Shown here piece by piece: positions 43,814-54,009 of a stretch of 64,000 bases of DNA (the first letter of the stretch is position 1; each line of letters begins with the position of its first letter). Where the stretch lies: NCBI GenBank assembly GCA_003280725.1, contig QCED01000003.1, forward strand, positions 571 to 64,570, read 5' to 3'. The translations under genes were made by a program, and so were the position numbers. The notes beneath the pieces were generated by a model that ran no database searches, was not told where the DNA came from, and saw only the letters and a list, made by a program, of their open reading frames with translations. This DNA is from Prochlorococcus sp. AG-355-M18. GTDB lineage: Bacteria > Cyanobacteriota > Cyanobacteriia > PCC-6307 > Cyanobiaceae.

Positions 43814-44995
43814 ATGTGTCCAGTCGCAGCAGAATCAAAGAATTCCAAGCCCAGCTCAAAAAAAAAGATTAACAAAAAAATTAATACCAATTTAGAAACA
43901 GTAGTTGAAGAGAAAAATGATATCAATAGCCAGAGTTTACAGACATCCTCAGAACCGAGGGATAGCGGCATAGAAAACAATAATGAATTTAGTGATTCTG
44001 AAGATGAAGATAAAGGCCTTGGGAATATTAAGCTTGGCCCTAAAGGTATATACACCGAAGATTCAATAAGAGTCTACCTACAAGAAATTGGGAGAATTAG
44101 ACTTTTAAGACCGGATGAAGAAATTGAACTTGCACGAAAAATTGCTGATTTACTCCAACTAGAAGAACTGGCGACTCAATATGAGTCAGAAAAGGGCCAT
44201 TTCCCATCTGTTAGAGAATGGGCTGAGTTAATAGATATGCCTCTTTCCAAATTCAGGAGAAGGCTTCTTTTAGGGAGAAGAGCTAAAGAAAAAATGGTTC
44301 AATCAAATTTAAGATTAGTCGTTTCGATTGCTAAAAAATATATGAATAGAGGATTATCATTTCAAGATTTAATCCAAGAAGGAAGTTTGGGTCTAATTAG
44401 GGCAGCGGAAAAATTCGACCATGAAAAAGGTTATAAGTTCTCTACATATGCCACTTGGTGGATTCGCCAAGCCATTACAAGAGCAATTGCGGATCAAAGT
44501 AGAACTATTAGATTGCCAGTTCACTTATACGAGACAATATCCAGAATTAAAAAAACCACAAAAGTTCTTAGCCAAGAATTTGGCAGGAAACCTAGTGAAG
44601 AAGAAATCGCTGAGAGTATGGAAATGACAATCGAAAAATTAAGATTTATAGCTAAAAGTGCGCAACTTCCTATTTCTTTAGAAACTCCAATAGGGAAAGA
44701 AGAAGACTCAAGACTAGGAGACTTTATAGAGGCTGATATAGAAAATCCAGAGCAAGATGTTTCTAAAACTTTACTAAGAGAAGATTTGGAAGGGGTATTA
44801 GCCACTCTTAGTCCAAGAGAAAGAGATGTTCTCAGATTGAGATATGGAATTGATGATGGAAGAATGAAAACTCTTGAAGAAATTGGCCAGATTTTTGACG
44901 TGACGAGAGAAAGAATTAGACAAATAGAGGCAAAAGCCTTAAGAAAACTTAGACATCCAAATCGAAATGGGGTTTTAAAAGAATATATAAAATAA
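43814..44995 (+). CDS. rpoD: principal RNA polymerase sigma factor SigA/RpoD
   Basis: [44 protein letters not shown] and [13 protein letters not shown]. Confidence 0.97.
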   Translation: MCPVAAESKNSKPSSKKKINKKINTNLETVVEEKNDINSQSLQTSSEPRDSGIENNNEFSDSEDEDKGLGNIKLGPKGIYTEDSIRVYLQEIGRIRLLRPDEEIELARKIADLLQLEELATQYESEKGHFPSVREWAELIDMPLSKFRRRLLLGRRAKEKMVQSNLRLVVSIAKKYMNRGLSFQDLIQEGSLGLIRAAEKFDHEKGYKFSTYATWWIRQAITRAIADQSRTIRLPVHLYETISRIKKTTKVLSQEFGRKPSEEEIAESMEMTIEKLRFIAKSAQLPISLETPIGKEEDSRLGDFIEADIENPEQDVSKTLLREDLEGVLATLSPRERDVLRLRYGIDDGRMKTLEEIGQIFDVTRERIRQIEAKALRKLRHPNRNGVLKEYIK

Positions 44996-45092
44996 AAAAA
45001 GTTAAGTATAGTATTTAGCTTTAAAAACTGGCAAAATAATAGCTTAAAATAGATTCAACTTAATTTTTAATTCAAACTCAAAATAATATTTA

Positions 45093-46043
45093 ATGACTAA
45101 TTTTAAGCTAAAAATAGCTAGTAGAAGAAGTAAGCTAGCAATGGTTCAAACTTTATGGGTTAAAGATCAACTAGAAAGGAATATTCCTAATTTAGAGGTA
45201 TCGATAGAAGCTATGGCAACTCAAGGTGACAAAATCCTTGACGTAGCCTTAGCAAAAATAGGCGACAAAGGCTTATTTACAAAAGAACTTGAAGCACAAA
45301 TGCTTGTAGGCCATGCAGATATAGCAGTACATTCTCTGAAAGATTTACCAACCAATTTGCCTAATGGCCTTAAATTAGGATGCATTACAAAAAGGGAGGA
45401 TCCTGCAGATGCTTTAGTAGTAAACAAAAAAAATGACTGTTATAAATTAGAGACCTTACCTGAAGGTTCGATTGTTGGAACAAGCTCTCTAAGAAGACTT
45501 GCACAATTAAGAAATAAGTACCCACATCTTGTTTTCAAAGATATCAGGGGAAATGTTATTACAAGAATTCAAAAATTAGATGCAGGAGAATTTGATTGTA
45601 TAATTCTTGCGGCCGCTGGTTTAAAGAGATTAGGCTTTGAATCAAGAATTCACCAGATTATCCCAAGTGAAATTTCCCTTCATGCAGTTGGCCAAGGAGC
45701 ACTAGGCATTGAATGTAAATCTGATGATAAAAAAGTTTTAGAAATTATAAATACCCTAGAAGATAAACCCACCAGTAAAAGATGTCTAGCAGAAAGGGCT
45801 TTTTTAAGAGAGCTTGAAGGTGGATGCCAAGTCCCAATAGGTGTGAATAGTAAAATTCAGAATGAACAACTTTGCCTTACTGGTATGGTTGCATCTCTTG
45901 ATGGAGAAAGGCTTATTAAAGATCAATATATTGGCTATATTAATGATCCCGAAGAAGTAGGCAAAGAACTAGCTAAAAAATTAAAGCAGCAAGGTGCCGA
46001 AGAAATACTTAGCGAAATATTTGAAAAATTTAGAGAAAAATAA
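45093..46043 (+). CDS. hemC: porphobilinogen deaminase
   Basis: [31 protein letters not shown] and LEGGCQVP motifs. Confidence 0.98.
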   Translation: MTNFKLKIASRRSKLAMVQTLWVKDQLERNIPNLEVSIEAMATQGDKILDVALAKIGDKGLFTKELEAQMLVGHADIAVHSLKDLPTNLPNGLKLGCITKREDPADALVVNKKNDCYKLETLPEGSIVGTSSLRRLAQLRNKYPHLVFKDIRGNVITRIQKLDAGEFDCIILAAAGLKRLGFESRIHQIIPSEISLHAVGQGALGIECKSDDKKVLEIINTLEDKPTSKRCLAERAFLRELEGGCQVPIGVNSKIQNEQLCLTGMVASLDGERLIKDQYIGYINDPEEVGKELAKKLKQQGAEEILSEIFEKFREK

Positions 46044-46049
46044 AATTAG

Positions 46050-46640
46050 TTAATTTACTAATTTAGGATCAATTTCTTTTTTGTATCTATCTTCACAATC
46101 TTTAATCACTTTAACAGCTTCTTCTATCCCAAAAAAACCATTAACAGTACATGTTCCTGGTTTTTTTAGATCTTTGTAGTGCTCCCAATAATACTTTGTT
46201 TCTTTTAACCAATGATCTCCAAGGTCTTCATAACTTGAGATATGATCCATTCTTTTATCATCTGCGAGAACCGCTATTACCTTATCATCGACCTCTCCAC
46301 CATCATCAAATTTCATCACCCCAATAATCCTTGCTTCCACAATAGATCCGGGTATCAGTGGCTCAGTTACTCCAACAATTTCTACATCAAGTGGATCTCC
46401 ATCTTCATCCCATGTCCTTGGAATACATCCATAAGCAAAAGGATACGCAAGTGATGAATAACCTACCCTATCAAGTTTAAGATGGCCCGTTTCTGTAATT
46501 AATTCATATTTATTTATGGTATTAGAGTTCAATTCAACAATAGTGTTTATTATTGTATTTGAGCTATCAGTGAAAGCATTTAGTATGTGCAATAAATTTG
46601 GGGTAACCCTGCTTGGGGGCTGATTTAGATTTGCCATCAA
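46050..46640 (-). CDS. ppa: family I inorganic pyrophosphatase with intact active site
   Basis: NKYE, LDRV, YG.IP.T, DEDGDPLD, DDGGEVDDK and HYKDL motifs. Confidence 0.92.
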   Translation of the reverse strand: MMANLNQPPSRVTPNLLHILNAFTDSSNTIINTIVELNSNTINKYELITETGHLKLDRVGYSSLAYPFAYGCIPRTWDEDGDPLDVEIVGVTEPLIPGSIVEARIIGVMKFDDGGEVDDKVIAVLADDKRMDHISSYEDLGDHWLKETKYYWEHYKDLKKPGTCTVNGFFGIEEAVKVIKDCEDRYKKEIDPKLVN

Positions 46641-46700
46641 GATATTATTTTTATTTATCTTACATCCTCACACCTAACCAAATTCTTTAAAAGTAATGTT

Positions 46701-48206
46701 TCAGCAAAAATCATTTATTTTAGACCTTAAATGATTAATAAAATAGTTTGGCGATAGTTCTTCATTGGTTACAGCTCTTACCAACTCCATACAATTAACT
46801 GATCTGCCATATTTATGTATATTATTTTTTAACCAAAAGATGATCTTTTGATATTCACCATTTTCAATTAAGTTGTCAATCAAACCTATGTCTCTTTCCA
46901 TTTGAGAAGATATTTGCGCACTTATAACATGTCCTAATAAATATGAGGGGAAATATCCAAACGCCCCTTCACTCCAATGAACATCTTGAAGACAACCTTC
47001 TGAATCATTAGATGGTTTAATTCCTAGGAGTTCATCATATCTTTTATTCCATTCTGTTGGAATATCTTCAGCAGGTAACCCTCTTTCAATTAAATCTATT
47101 TCAAGTTCGGTTCTTATTAATATGTGTAAGCCATAAGTCAATTCATCCGCTTCAACCCTATTTAATCCTGCTTCCAAATGATTAATAGATTTCCATAGTT
47201 CTAAATAATTATTAAGAGAACATCCAGCCGTAACAAATTTTTTAAAAAATCTTTTTGAAAAAGATTTGGATTTAACTATTCTATTTTCCCAAAATAAAGA
47301 TTGACTTTCATGAATACCCATAGAGGTTGCTTGACCTAAAGGCCAAGCAAACCATTGATGACTTTGAGATGGCAAACCCTGCTCATAAATAGAATGCCCC
47401 CACTCATGCGCAGTTGCTAAAAAACTTGATAATGGTTCACCTTCAACAATTCTTGTAGTGATCCTAAAATCATTAGGCCCTAATGTAATCGAGAAAGGAT
47501 GGGGAGATTGTCCAACAACAACGAGATCTCTATCTCTTCCAAACTCGTCAAGTAATTTAGAACATAAATTTTTTTGAGATTCTGGACTTAAATCCCAATG
47601 ATTTTTTTGGGACTTGTTAATTGCTCTAATCAAGCCTGGGATGGTTTCTTTCAAAGGTTGAAAAATTTTATTTAACCATTTCAAATTTAATTCAGGCTCA
47701 AAGGGTTGGGCTAATGTCTCCCAAGGTGAACATTGAATAGATATTTGTTTTGCCTCTTCAATTCGCAATTTAACTAATTCTTCAAAGAAAGGAAGAAAAA
47801 TTTTAAAATCTGATTTTTCCTTAGCTTCTTGCCAGCTTTCATACCCTTTAGATTTTGCCTTTGCTAGAGACTCAACTAATTTAGGATCTAAATTTCTTTC
47901 TCTATTAAATTCCTTCAATAAAAGACTAATATTTCTTTCTTTGTCTTTTATGAAAAGTTGATTATCGGAATTTCGTTCCATATCTGCTAGTTCATTTTTA
48001 GCAGATTGTATTAAATTAGAAAATTCCTCGGAAGAATTTCTTTCATGCAATACTTTTGCAATATAAGTAAGTTGTTCAGACCTCCAATAAGCACCTTTCT
48101 TTGGCATTCCAGTATTCTGATCCCAATAAAGTGTATTTTGGATTGAACCTAATATTTGTGTTTCTTTAAGGTAAGCACCCAGCTTATTCCAATGAGTTTC
48201 AGACAA
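46701..48206 (-). CDS. carboxypeptidase M32 (Taq-like)
   Basis: HPF, HEWGH, HESQSL, RVEADE, QDVHW and GYFPSY motifs. Confidence 0.95.
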   Translation of the reverse strand: MSETHWNKLGAYLKETQILGSIQNTLYWDQNTGMPKKGAYWRSEQLTYIAKVLHERNSSEEFSNLIQSAKNELADMERNSDNQLFIKDKERNISLLLKEFNRERNLDPKLVESLAKAKSKGYESWQEAKEKSDFKIFLPFFEELVKLRIEEAKQISIQCSPWETLAQPFEPELNLKWLNKIFQPLKETIPGLIRAINKSQKNHWDLSPESQKNLCSKLLDEFGRDRDLVVVGQSPHPFSITLGPNDFRITTRIVEGEPLSSFLATAHEWGHSIYEQGLPSQSHQWFAWPLGQATSMGIHESQSLFWENRIVKSKSFSKRFFKKFVTAGCSLNNYLELWKSINHLEAGLNRVEADELTYGLHILIRTELEIDLIERGLPAEDIPTEWNKRYDELLGIKPSNDSEGCLQDVHWSEGAFGYFPSYLLGHVISAQISSQMERDIGLIDNLIENGEYQKIIFWLKNNIHKYGRSVNCMELVRAVTNEELSPNYFINHLRSKINDFC

Positions 48207-48269
48207 AGATTTAAATGGAAATTAAATTTATCTTAAGATAAAATTTTTAATGTCTGCAGTAAAACATGC

Positions 48270-48295
48270 ATCAATATCCATAATAGGATATTGAT
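48270..48295. promoter_or_regulatory. perfect 10-bp inverted repeat ATCAATATCC-N6-GGATATTGAT in a divergent intergenic region; candidate operator
   Basis: Arms 48270-48279 and 48286-48295 are exact reverse complements; they overlap a CATAAT -10-like hexamer and end 19 nt before the ATG at 48315. Confidence 0.5.
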
Positions 48296-48314
48296 TAATT
48301 AAGTTTTAACTTAT

Positions 48315-48770
48315 ATGGAACAAATATTTTCAAAATTAAAATTCATAACCCATGGCGAGGGTTTTATTGATATCACATATGATTTAAATTTATGTGTAGA
48401 AAAAAATAATTTTCATTCCGGAATTTTAAATTTAACTTCACTTCATACAAGTTGCAGTTTAACTATTAATGAAAACGCAGATCCAAATGTACTGAGGGAC
48501 CTAAAAAAATATATGCAATCGATAGTTCCCTATGATTCCTACTTAACCTTATCAAAAAATAGAGAAGAAATATCCTATAAACATTATCAAGAAGGGGCTG
48601 ACGATATGCCAGCACATATTAAAACATCCCTAACAAACACTTGTTTATCTTTGAGTTTTCAAGATGGGAAAATTATTCTTGGCACATGGCAAGCAGTTTA
48701 TTTATGGGAACATCGATTTGATCAAAAGGAAAGAATCATAAATGTACATATAATTGGTGAGAAAAAGTAA
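48315..48770 (+). CDS. yjbQ: YjbQ/UPF0047 family protein (secondary thiamine-phosphate synthase)
   Basis: HTSCSLTINENADP, DDMPAHIK and LGTWQ motifs. Confidence 0.88.
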   Translation: MEQIFSKLKFITHGEGFIDITYDLNLCVEKNNFHSGILNLTSLHTSCSLTINENADPNVLRDLKKYMQSIVPYDSYLTLSKNREEISYKHYQEGADDMPAHIKTSLTNTCLSLSFQDGKIILGTWQAVYLWEHRFDQKERIINVHIIGEKK

Positions 48771-48806
48771 GCTCTTTATAATGAAATAAGTTAGATTTCT
48801 TATTTA

Positions 48807-49097
48807 ATGGAACCCTACATTTTGCAAGATGAAGAATTGAATGAATTAGTTGTCAAAATACCTGGCTGGGAAATTAAATCTAAACAAATCCAAAGAGAAT
48901 TTAACTTCGCTAATTTTATTGAGGCCTTTGCTTTTATGACTAAGGTTGCTTTAATCTGTGAAAAATATAATCATCATCCTAACTGGGAGAATGTTTATGC
49001 AAAAGTAATAATTAAATTAAATACACATGATCTAGGAGGTATTACGAATCTGGATCAAACATTAGCTTCGGAAATCAACAAAATTTTCGATCAATAA
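48807..49097 (+). CDS. phhB: pterin-4-alpha-carbinolamine dehydratase
   Basis: F.NF.EAFAFM, NHHP.W and THDLGGIT..D motifs. Confidence 0.92.
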   Translation: MEPYILQDEELNELVVKIPGWEIKSKQIQREFNFANFIEAFAFMTKVALICEKYNHHPNWENVYAKVIIKLNTHDLGGITNLDQTLASEINKIFDQ

Positions 49098-49126
49098 AAA
49101 TATAAACTTGTTTTCAACTATTCATA

Positions 49127-50215
49127 ATGTCTAAAAATTTATTGCCAGTTACTATTATTAGTGGATTTTTAGGTTCTGGCAAAACTACACTTCTGAATCA
49201 TATTTTAAAAAATCAAGTTGGTATTAAAACAGCTGTTTTAGTCAACGAATTTGGAGAGATCGGAATAGATAATGACTTAATAATAGAAGGCTCAGAAGAT
49301 ATGATCGAATTAAATAATGGATGTATATGTTGCTCTATCAATGGCGAATTATTAAATACCGTATCCAAAGTTTTAGAAAGAGCTGAAAAATTAGACTATT
49401 TGATTGTTGAAACAACTGGATTAGCAGATCCATTACCAGTAGCCATGACTTTTGCGGCTGGTGATCTAAGAGAAAAAGTAAGATTAGATTCGATAATCAC
49501 TGTCATTGATGGAGAAAATTTTGATTTTGAAATTAATAATACAAGTGTCGCCTATTCGCAAATTTTATACGGAGATATCCTTCTTCTAAATAAATCTGAT
49601 TTAGTAAACGAAAAACAATTAAAGAAAATAGAGGAGTTTATAAATAAAATAAAAAAAGAACCAAGGATTTTGAGATCAACTAATAGTGAAGTTGCATTAC
49701 ATACAATAATGAGCGTGGGTCTATTTGAGACGGATACTTTTGAATTCGAGAAAAATAAAAAAAATATAGCACAAAATTCAAACGATCACTCTCCTCATTC
49801 CCACGATCACTCTTCTCATTCCCACGATCACTCTTCTCATTCCCACGATCACTCTTCTCATTCCCACGATCACTCTTCTCATTCCCACGATCACTCTTCT
49901 CATTCCCACGATTTGATCAATAATATCGAGGGTTTTACCTCAGTTTCATATGAGACATTTGAACCATTTTCTTTAAGGAAGTTTCAATATTTCTTAGATA
50001 ATCAAATCTCACAAAATGTATTTAGAGCAAAAGGAATATTATGGTTTATGGAAAGTGAAAGAAAACACATTTTTCACCTATCTGGAAAGCGGTTTTCTCT
50101 AGATGATGAGGAATGGACAAAAGAAAAATCTAACAAAATAGTTTTAATTGGGAAAAACTTAGATCATCAAACTATTAAAAATCAACTGTCATCATGTAGA
50201 TTTAATTCAGATTAG
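49127..50215 (+). CDS. COG0523 / CobW family G3E metallochaperone GTPase with His-rich insert
   Basis: GFLGSGKTT, NEFGE, GCICCS (CxCC), ETTGLADP, NKSD and RAKG; HDHSSHS repeats. Confidence 0.93.
   Translation: MSKNLLPVTIISGFLGSGKTTLLNHILKNQVGIKTAVLVNEFGEIGIDNDLIIEGSEDMIELNNGCICCSINGELLNTVSKVLERAEKLDYLIVETTGLADPLPVAMTFAAGDLREKVRLDSIITVIDGENFDFEINNTSVAYSQILYGDILLLNKSDLVNEKQLKKIEEFINKIKKEPRILRSTNSEVALHTIMSVGLFETDTFEFEKNKKNIAQNSNDHSPHSHDHSSHSHDHSSHSHDHSSHSHDHSSHSHDHSSHSHDLINNIEGFTSVSYETFEPFSLRKFQYFLDNQISQNVFRAKGILWFMESERKHIFHLSGKRFSLDDEEWTKEKSNKIVLIGKNLDHQTIKNQLSSCRFNSD
49781..49912 (+). repeat. in-frame 21-bp tandem repeat CACGATCACTCTTCTCATTCC (5 perfect copies, 1 degenerate first copy, 1 partial) encoding HDHSSHS
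   Basis: Units start at 49781 (AACGATCACTCTCCTCATTCC), 49802, 49823, 49844, 49865 and 49886; partial CACGAT at 49907. Confidence 0.97.
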
Positions 50216-50241
50216 AATTCATATTAGGATTTAATTAATTT

Positions 50242-51780
50242 TTGAAAATACGCATTAAAGGGTTTAAAAAAACATTAACAGAATTTAATTTTCTCTATTT
50301 CACTTCGTTTATTGTTTCACTCTTAGTAATAATTCCAATTTCCAATTTTCTTCTAGAGGGAATTGATTATATTATTAGTGGAAATTTTTCATTAGGTATT
50401 GCTGGAGGAGAAGAGGTATTAGGAACTTTAAAAGTTTTAATACTGACAAGTTTTTTTGGTGGCGGGTTAGGAACTTTGAATGGATGGTTACTTTCAAATT
50501 GTGATTTTAAGTTCAGAAAAGTTCTCCGTATTTGTCAGCTAGTTCCACTAGCTGCCCCAGCATATCTAATAACGGCTATTTTGCAGGATTTAGGAAGTAT
50601 TTTTGGGTATCAAGTAACTGGTTTATGGTGGGGGGTATTAATACTTTCAATTTCTACTTATCCATATGTATTCATTCTTGCTAACGAAAGTTTTAATAAA
50701 TTTGGAGTTAATCAAATCAATGCTAGTAGAGGATTAGGAGTAGGGCCTTGGAGCAGCTTCTTTAAAATCGCTTTCCCAATGGCGTTACCAGCACTAATAA
50801 CAGGAATAAGTTTAATGTGTATGGAAGTAATGAATGAGTTAGGTACATTTGCATTATTAAACATACCAAGTATTTCTACTGGTATAGCTGAAAATTGGAT
50901 AATTGAAGGTAATCCAAAAAGTGCTATTGGATTATCTTTGGTAGCCTTATTAATGATTTTCACTTTGATCATTTTCGAAAAGTTATCAAGAAAGAAATCA
51001 AAGAGGTGGAGTGAAAATCCTGCATCAAAAGATTCTCAAGGATGGGAATTAAACAAAACTAGAGCTTTTTTAGCAATAATCATATCTTTATTTCCTCCAA
51101 TTTTCTCTTTTGGGATTCCATGTTTTTGGATTCTACTCAATATAGATCTAATTCAAAAAGGGTTATCTATAGAATTACTTAGCCTATCATTAAGGACCAT
51201 AAGTCTAGGACTTTTAACTGCATTAATAGCGATAATATTCTCCTTAATAATTTCTTTAGCCAGACGCCCAAATAAAAGCTTTTTACTAGGACTAATAACA
51301 AATCTTGCGGGAATAGGTTACGCAATCCCAGGGACTGTATTAGCTTTATCTTTAATAAGCATTTCTTCTTCAAAATTTAATTTTATTGCTATTTGCTTAC
51401 TAATTTGGGGTTATCTTGTCCGATTTCTAACCATCTCTAAGGGTTCTATTGATTCAAGTCTTGAGAGAATTTCTCCTAGTCTTGATGAAGCAGCACTTGG
51501 ACTAGGAGAGAATTGGCTGGGGATCATCAAAAGAATTCATCTACCTCTTCTCCAAGGACCAATATTCGTAGGATCACTTTTAGTTTTTGTTGACACGATA
51601 AAAGAATTACCCATAACCTTTATTTTAAGACCATTCGATTTCGATACATTATCTGTGAGAATATATCAATATGCTGGAGATGAAAGAATGGTAGAGGCAA
51701 TATTACCGGCCATTCTTATCATGACTTTAGGCCTTATTGCATCAATGACATTGATACCAAGTTTAGAAAAAAAACACTAA
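50242..51780 (+). CDS. futB: Fe(III) ABC transporter permease
   Basis: Duplicated permease halves with EAA-like loops (NASRGLG, EAALGLG), GYAIPGTVLA and KELP.T.ILRPFDFDTL. Confidence 0.88.
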   Translation: MKIRIKGFKKTLTEFNFLYFTSFIVSLLVIIPISNFLLEGIDYIISGNFSLGIAGGEEVLGTLKVLILTSFFGGGLGTLNGWLLSNCDFKFRKVLRICQLVPLAAPAYLITAILQDLGSIFGYQVTGLWWGVLILSISTYPYVFILANESFNKFGVNQINASRGLGVGPWSSFFKIAFPMALPALITGISLMCMEVMNELGTFALLNIPSISTGIAENWIIEGNPKSAIGLSLVALLMIFTLIIFEKLSRKKSKRWSENPASKDSQGWELNKTRAFLAIIISLFPPIFSFGIPCFWILLNIDLIQKGLSIELLSLSLRTISLGLLTALIAIIFSLIISLARRPNKSFLLGLITNLAGIGYAIPGTVLALSLISISSSKFNFIAICLLIWGYLVRFLTISKGSIDSSLERISPSLDEAALGLGENWLGIIKRIHLPLLQGPIFVGSLLVFVDTIKELPITFILRPFDFDTLSVRIYQYAGDERMVEAILPAILIMTLGLIASMTLIPSLEKKH

Positions 51781-52733
51781 ATTCTTTTAGACACTTTTCT
51801 TATTAAGAAGGGTAAGCTTAACAACAAATCTGCTGAGGTAGATAGAACCCTAAAATAGACTAAACTTATAAGAATTATATTTTCTGGAATACTTTTGCCA
51901 ACAAATAAAAGAAGGCAAGCCTCAAAAACGCCAACTCCTCCTGGAGCTGCTGGGACTACCAAGCCTATGGACCATGACAAAGAAAAAATTACTAATAAAA
52001 ATATGATGTTCAGGGTATTACTTGTATAAAAAGTATTTAAGCAAATATAAAACCCAATAAATTTAGATAAAACAAAACCAATTTCAAGAAATAAAGCTCT
52101 AGAAGGGAAAAAAGAAACTATATTTATTCTCTCTTCAAATTGGCCCTTTGAATTTGGAATTCTCAAAACCTCAAATACTTTCCCCTTAAGAGACCCTAAT
52201 ATTTTTAATATCAAAAAAATAAATTTTCTATTTAAGAATAATAAAGGGAAAATTAAAAAAAAATAAAGTGGTGAAAAAATTAATCCCATTGATGCCAAGA
52301 GAAAAGATCCACTCAACATAAAATAAGGTTCTATAAGCGTCGAATATAAAGCAATCTGTGAATTACTTATTTTTTTTATAAAATTAAATCTTTCAATAAA
52401 ATGCCAAACCCCTCCTGGAACATATTTAAGAATATTGGTTAAAACATAGAAGGAAACTAAATTATTACTTTTAAATTCTTTCCCGAACCATTTAACAATA
52501 TATTTCCATGCATAAGCGTTCAAGTAAATACTTAAAACACAAAATAAAAATGATAAAAATAGATTAATTCCATTTCTTTCTAAATTGATATCAAAAGAAA
52601 TTTGATCAATATTATCAAAAAAATAGATGCAAAAATATAACAAGCTTGAAATAAAGAAAATACTCTTTAAATTTCCAAAATTAATTTTTTTTATGAATTT
52701 CGAATTTGGTTGATTACCTATATTAAATCTCAT
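51777..52733 (-). CDS. lysylphosphatidylglycerol synthase TM-domain / UPF0104 flippase-like protein
   Basis: Polytopic membrane protein with KYVPGG.W and PAAPGGVGVFE motifs. Confidence 0.8.
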   Translation of the reverse strand: MRFNIGNQPNSKFIKKINFGNLKSIFFISSLLYFCIYFFDNIDQISFDINLERNGINLFLSFLFCVLSIYLNAYAWKYIVKWFGKEFKSNNLVSFYVLTNILKYVPGGVWHFIERFNFIKKISNSQIALYSTLIEPYFMLSGSFLLASMGLIFSPLYFFLIFPLLFLNRKFIFLILKILGSLKGKVFEVLRIPNSKGQFEERINIVSFFPSRALFLEIGFVLSKFIGFYICLNTFYTSNTLNIIFLLVIFSLSWSIGLVVPAAPGGVGVFEACLLLFVGKSIPENIILISLVYFRVLSTSADLLLSLPFLIRKVSKRI

Positions 52734-53962
52734 TTCCAGTTTTCAAATGCTTTAAATTTTTTACTTGATTCTTTTATTATTTTTCTTATTTCGTAAGTTG
52801 ATATTTTATGGTTTAAATTTAATCTTAAAACCTCATCATTTTCTGGTTTCATAATTATTGATCCGTCTGGTTTCAAAGTTTGTTTAACTTTTATATTTCC
52901 AAAAATCGTTGAACATTCTCCTCTGCGTCTAAGTAATATCCACCTTGACTGAGTCCTCTCACGAACTCCAATAGTATTGGAATAATCAAACCATAATCCC
53001 CTAAAAAATTCTTTTTTCTCTATTGGCAAGATTGCTTGAATAGAAAATCCAATTCTATTTTTTTTCATATTGATAGCTTGATAAGAAACGTCATAAGCTC
53101 CCTCGATTCTAAGTTTCTCCACAAAATTAGATATATCTTCGGGTGTTTGGTCATCAATCCATGCTTCTTGAATAATTATCTCTTCACGCTTTGGACTAAT
53201 TTGTTCATTATCATTGATAGAAGAACTATTAAATGAAGTAATTTTATAAACTCTTACCAAATTAGGGAATGGGAAATTACGATTCCCAATGCCTACTCCA
53301 TAGGAGTTAATAGAATATTTTGCAGGTGGTTCTAGATAGTCGACTAGATTAGCGAGTAAAGCAATACCAGTTGGTGTTGAGAGTTCGCCCTCTATCGAGT
53401 TCCAGTCTGATATGACCTTTATATTTTTTTGTCTTACTAGCTCTATTACAGCAGGAGCTGGTACAGATAATTTACCATGTTCAGTTTGAACAAAACCTTT
53501 CCCCAAAGTTGGTTCATTACAATAAATCCTCTTGGGATTTAAGTAATTCAATGCAGCACATACTCCAATGATATCCACCAATGAATCTATAGCTCCAATT
53601 TCATGAAAATGAACATCTTCAGATTTAATGCCATGAACTTTTCCTTCGGCAATTGCTAAAGATTCAAATACTCCATAAATTATTTTTTTTAATTTATCTT
53701 CTAAGTGGCCTTTTACAATTAGTTCCTTAATACTCTTCCAAGTTCTTTTGATAGGACTACTATCAATATTCTCAACCTTTGTCTTTATACCTCGGATTGA
53801 ACAACTTTTTGATTCCTTAAAGTCTATTTGATATAAATCCTTTAATCCAAGATCTATAAGTGGTTGTTCAATAACTTTTTTAGGCACCCCTAAATCATAA
53901 AAAGCTCCTAACAACATATCTCCAGAGATACCGGGAGAACATTCAATTAAAACATCTTCCAT
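52730..53962 (-). CDS. larC: nickel pincer cofactor biosynthesis protein LarC
   Basis: GISGDMLLGA, AEGKVHG, VHFHEIGAIDSLVD, PAPA, EL.TPTG, IDD, MKKNR.G and TIGVRE motifs. Confidence 0.9.
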   Translation of the reverse strand: MEDVLIECSPGISGDMLLGAFYDLGVPKKVIEQPLIDLGLKDLYQIDFKESKSCSIRGIKTKVENIDSSPIKRTWKSIKELIVKGHLEDKLKKIIYGVFESLAIAEGKVHGIKSEDVHFHEIGAIDSLVDIIGVCAALNYLNPKRIYCNEPTLGKGFVQTEHGKLSVPAPAVIELVRQKNIKVISDWNSIEGELSTPTGIALLANLVDYLEPPAKYSINSYGVGIGNRNFPFPNLVRVYKITSFNSSSINDNEQISPKREEIIIQEAWIDDQTPEDISNFVEKLRIEGAYDVSYQAINMKKNRIGFSIQAILPIEKKEFFRGLWFDYSNTIGVRERTQSRWILLRRRGECSTIFGNIKVKQTLKPDGSIIMKPENDEVLRLNLNHKISTYEIRKIIKESSKKFKAFENWK

Positions 53963-54009
53963 AAATCAAAGATTTCTTGACTGGTAAAATTGCGTTCAAT
54001 TTCAGACTT

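Noticed and set aside
49781-49912. 21-bp repeat array as a possible CRISPR
   Set aside because: Units are directly adjacent with no spacers, lie in frame within a CDS, and no cas genes are present.
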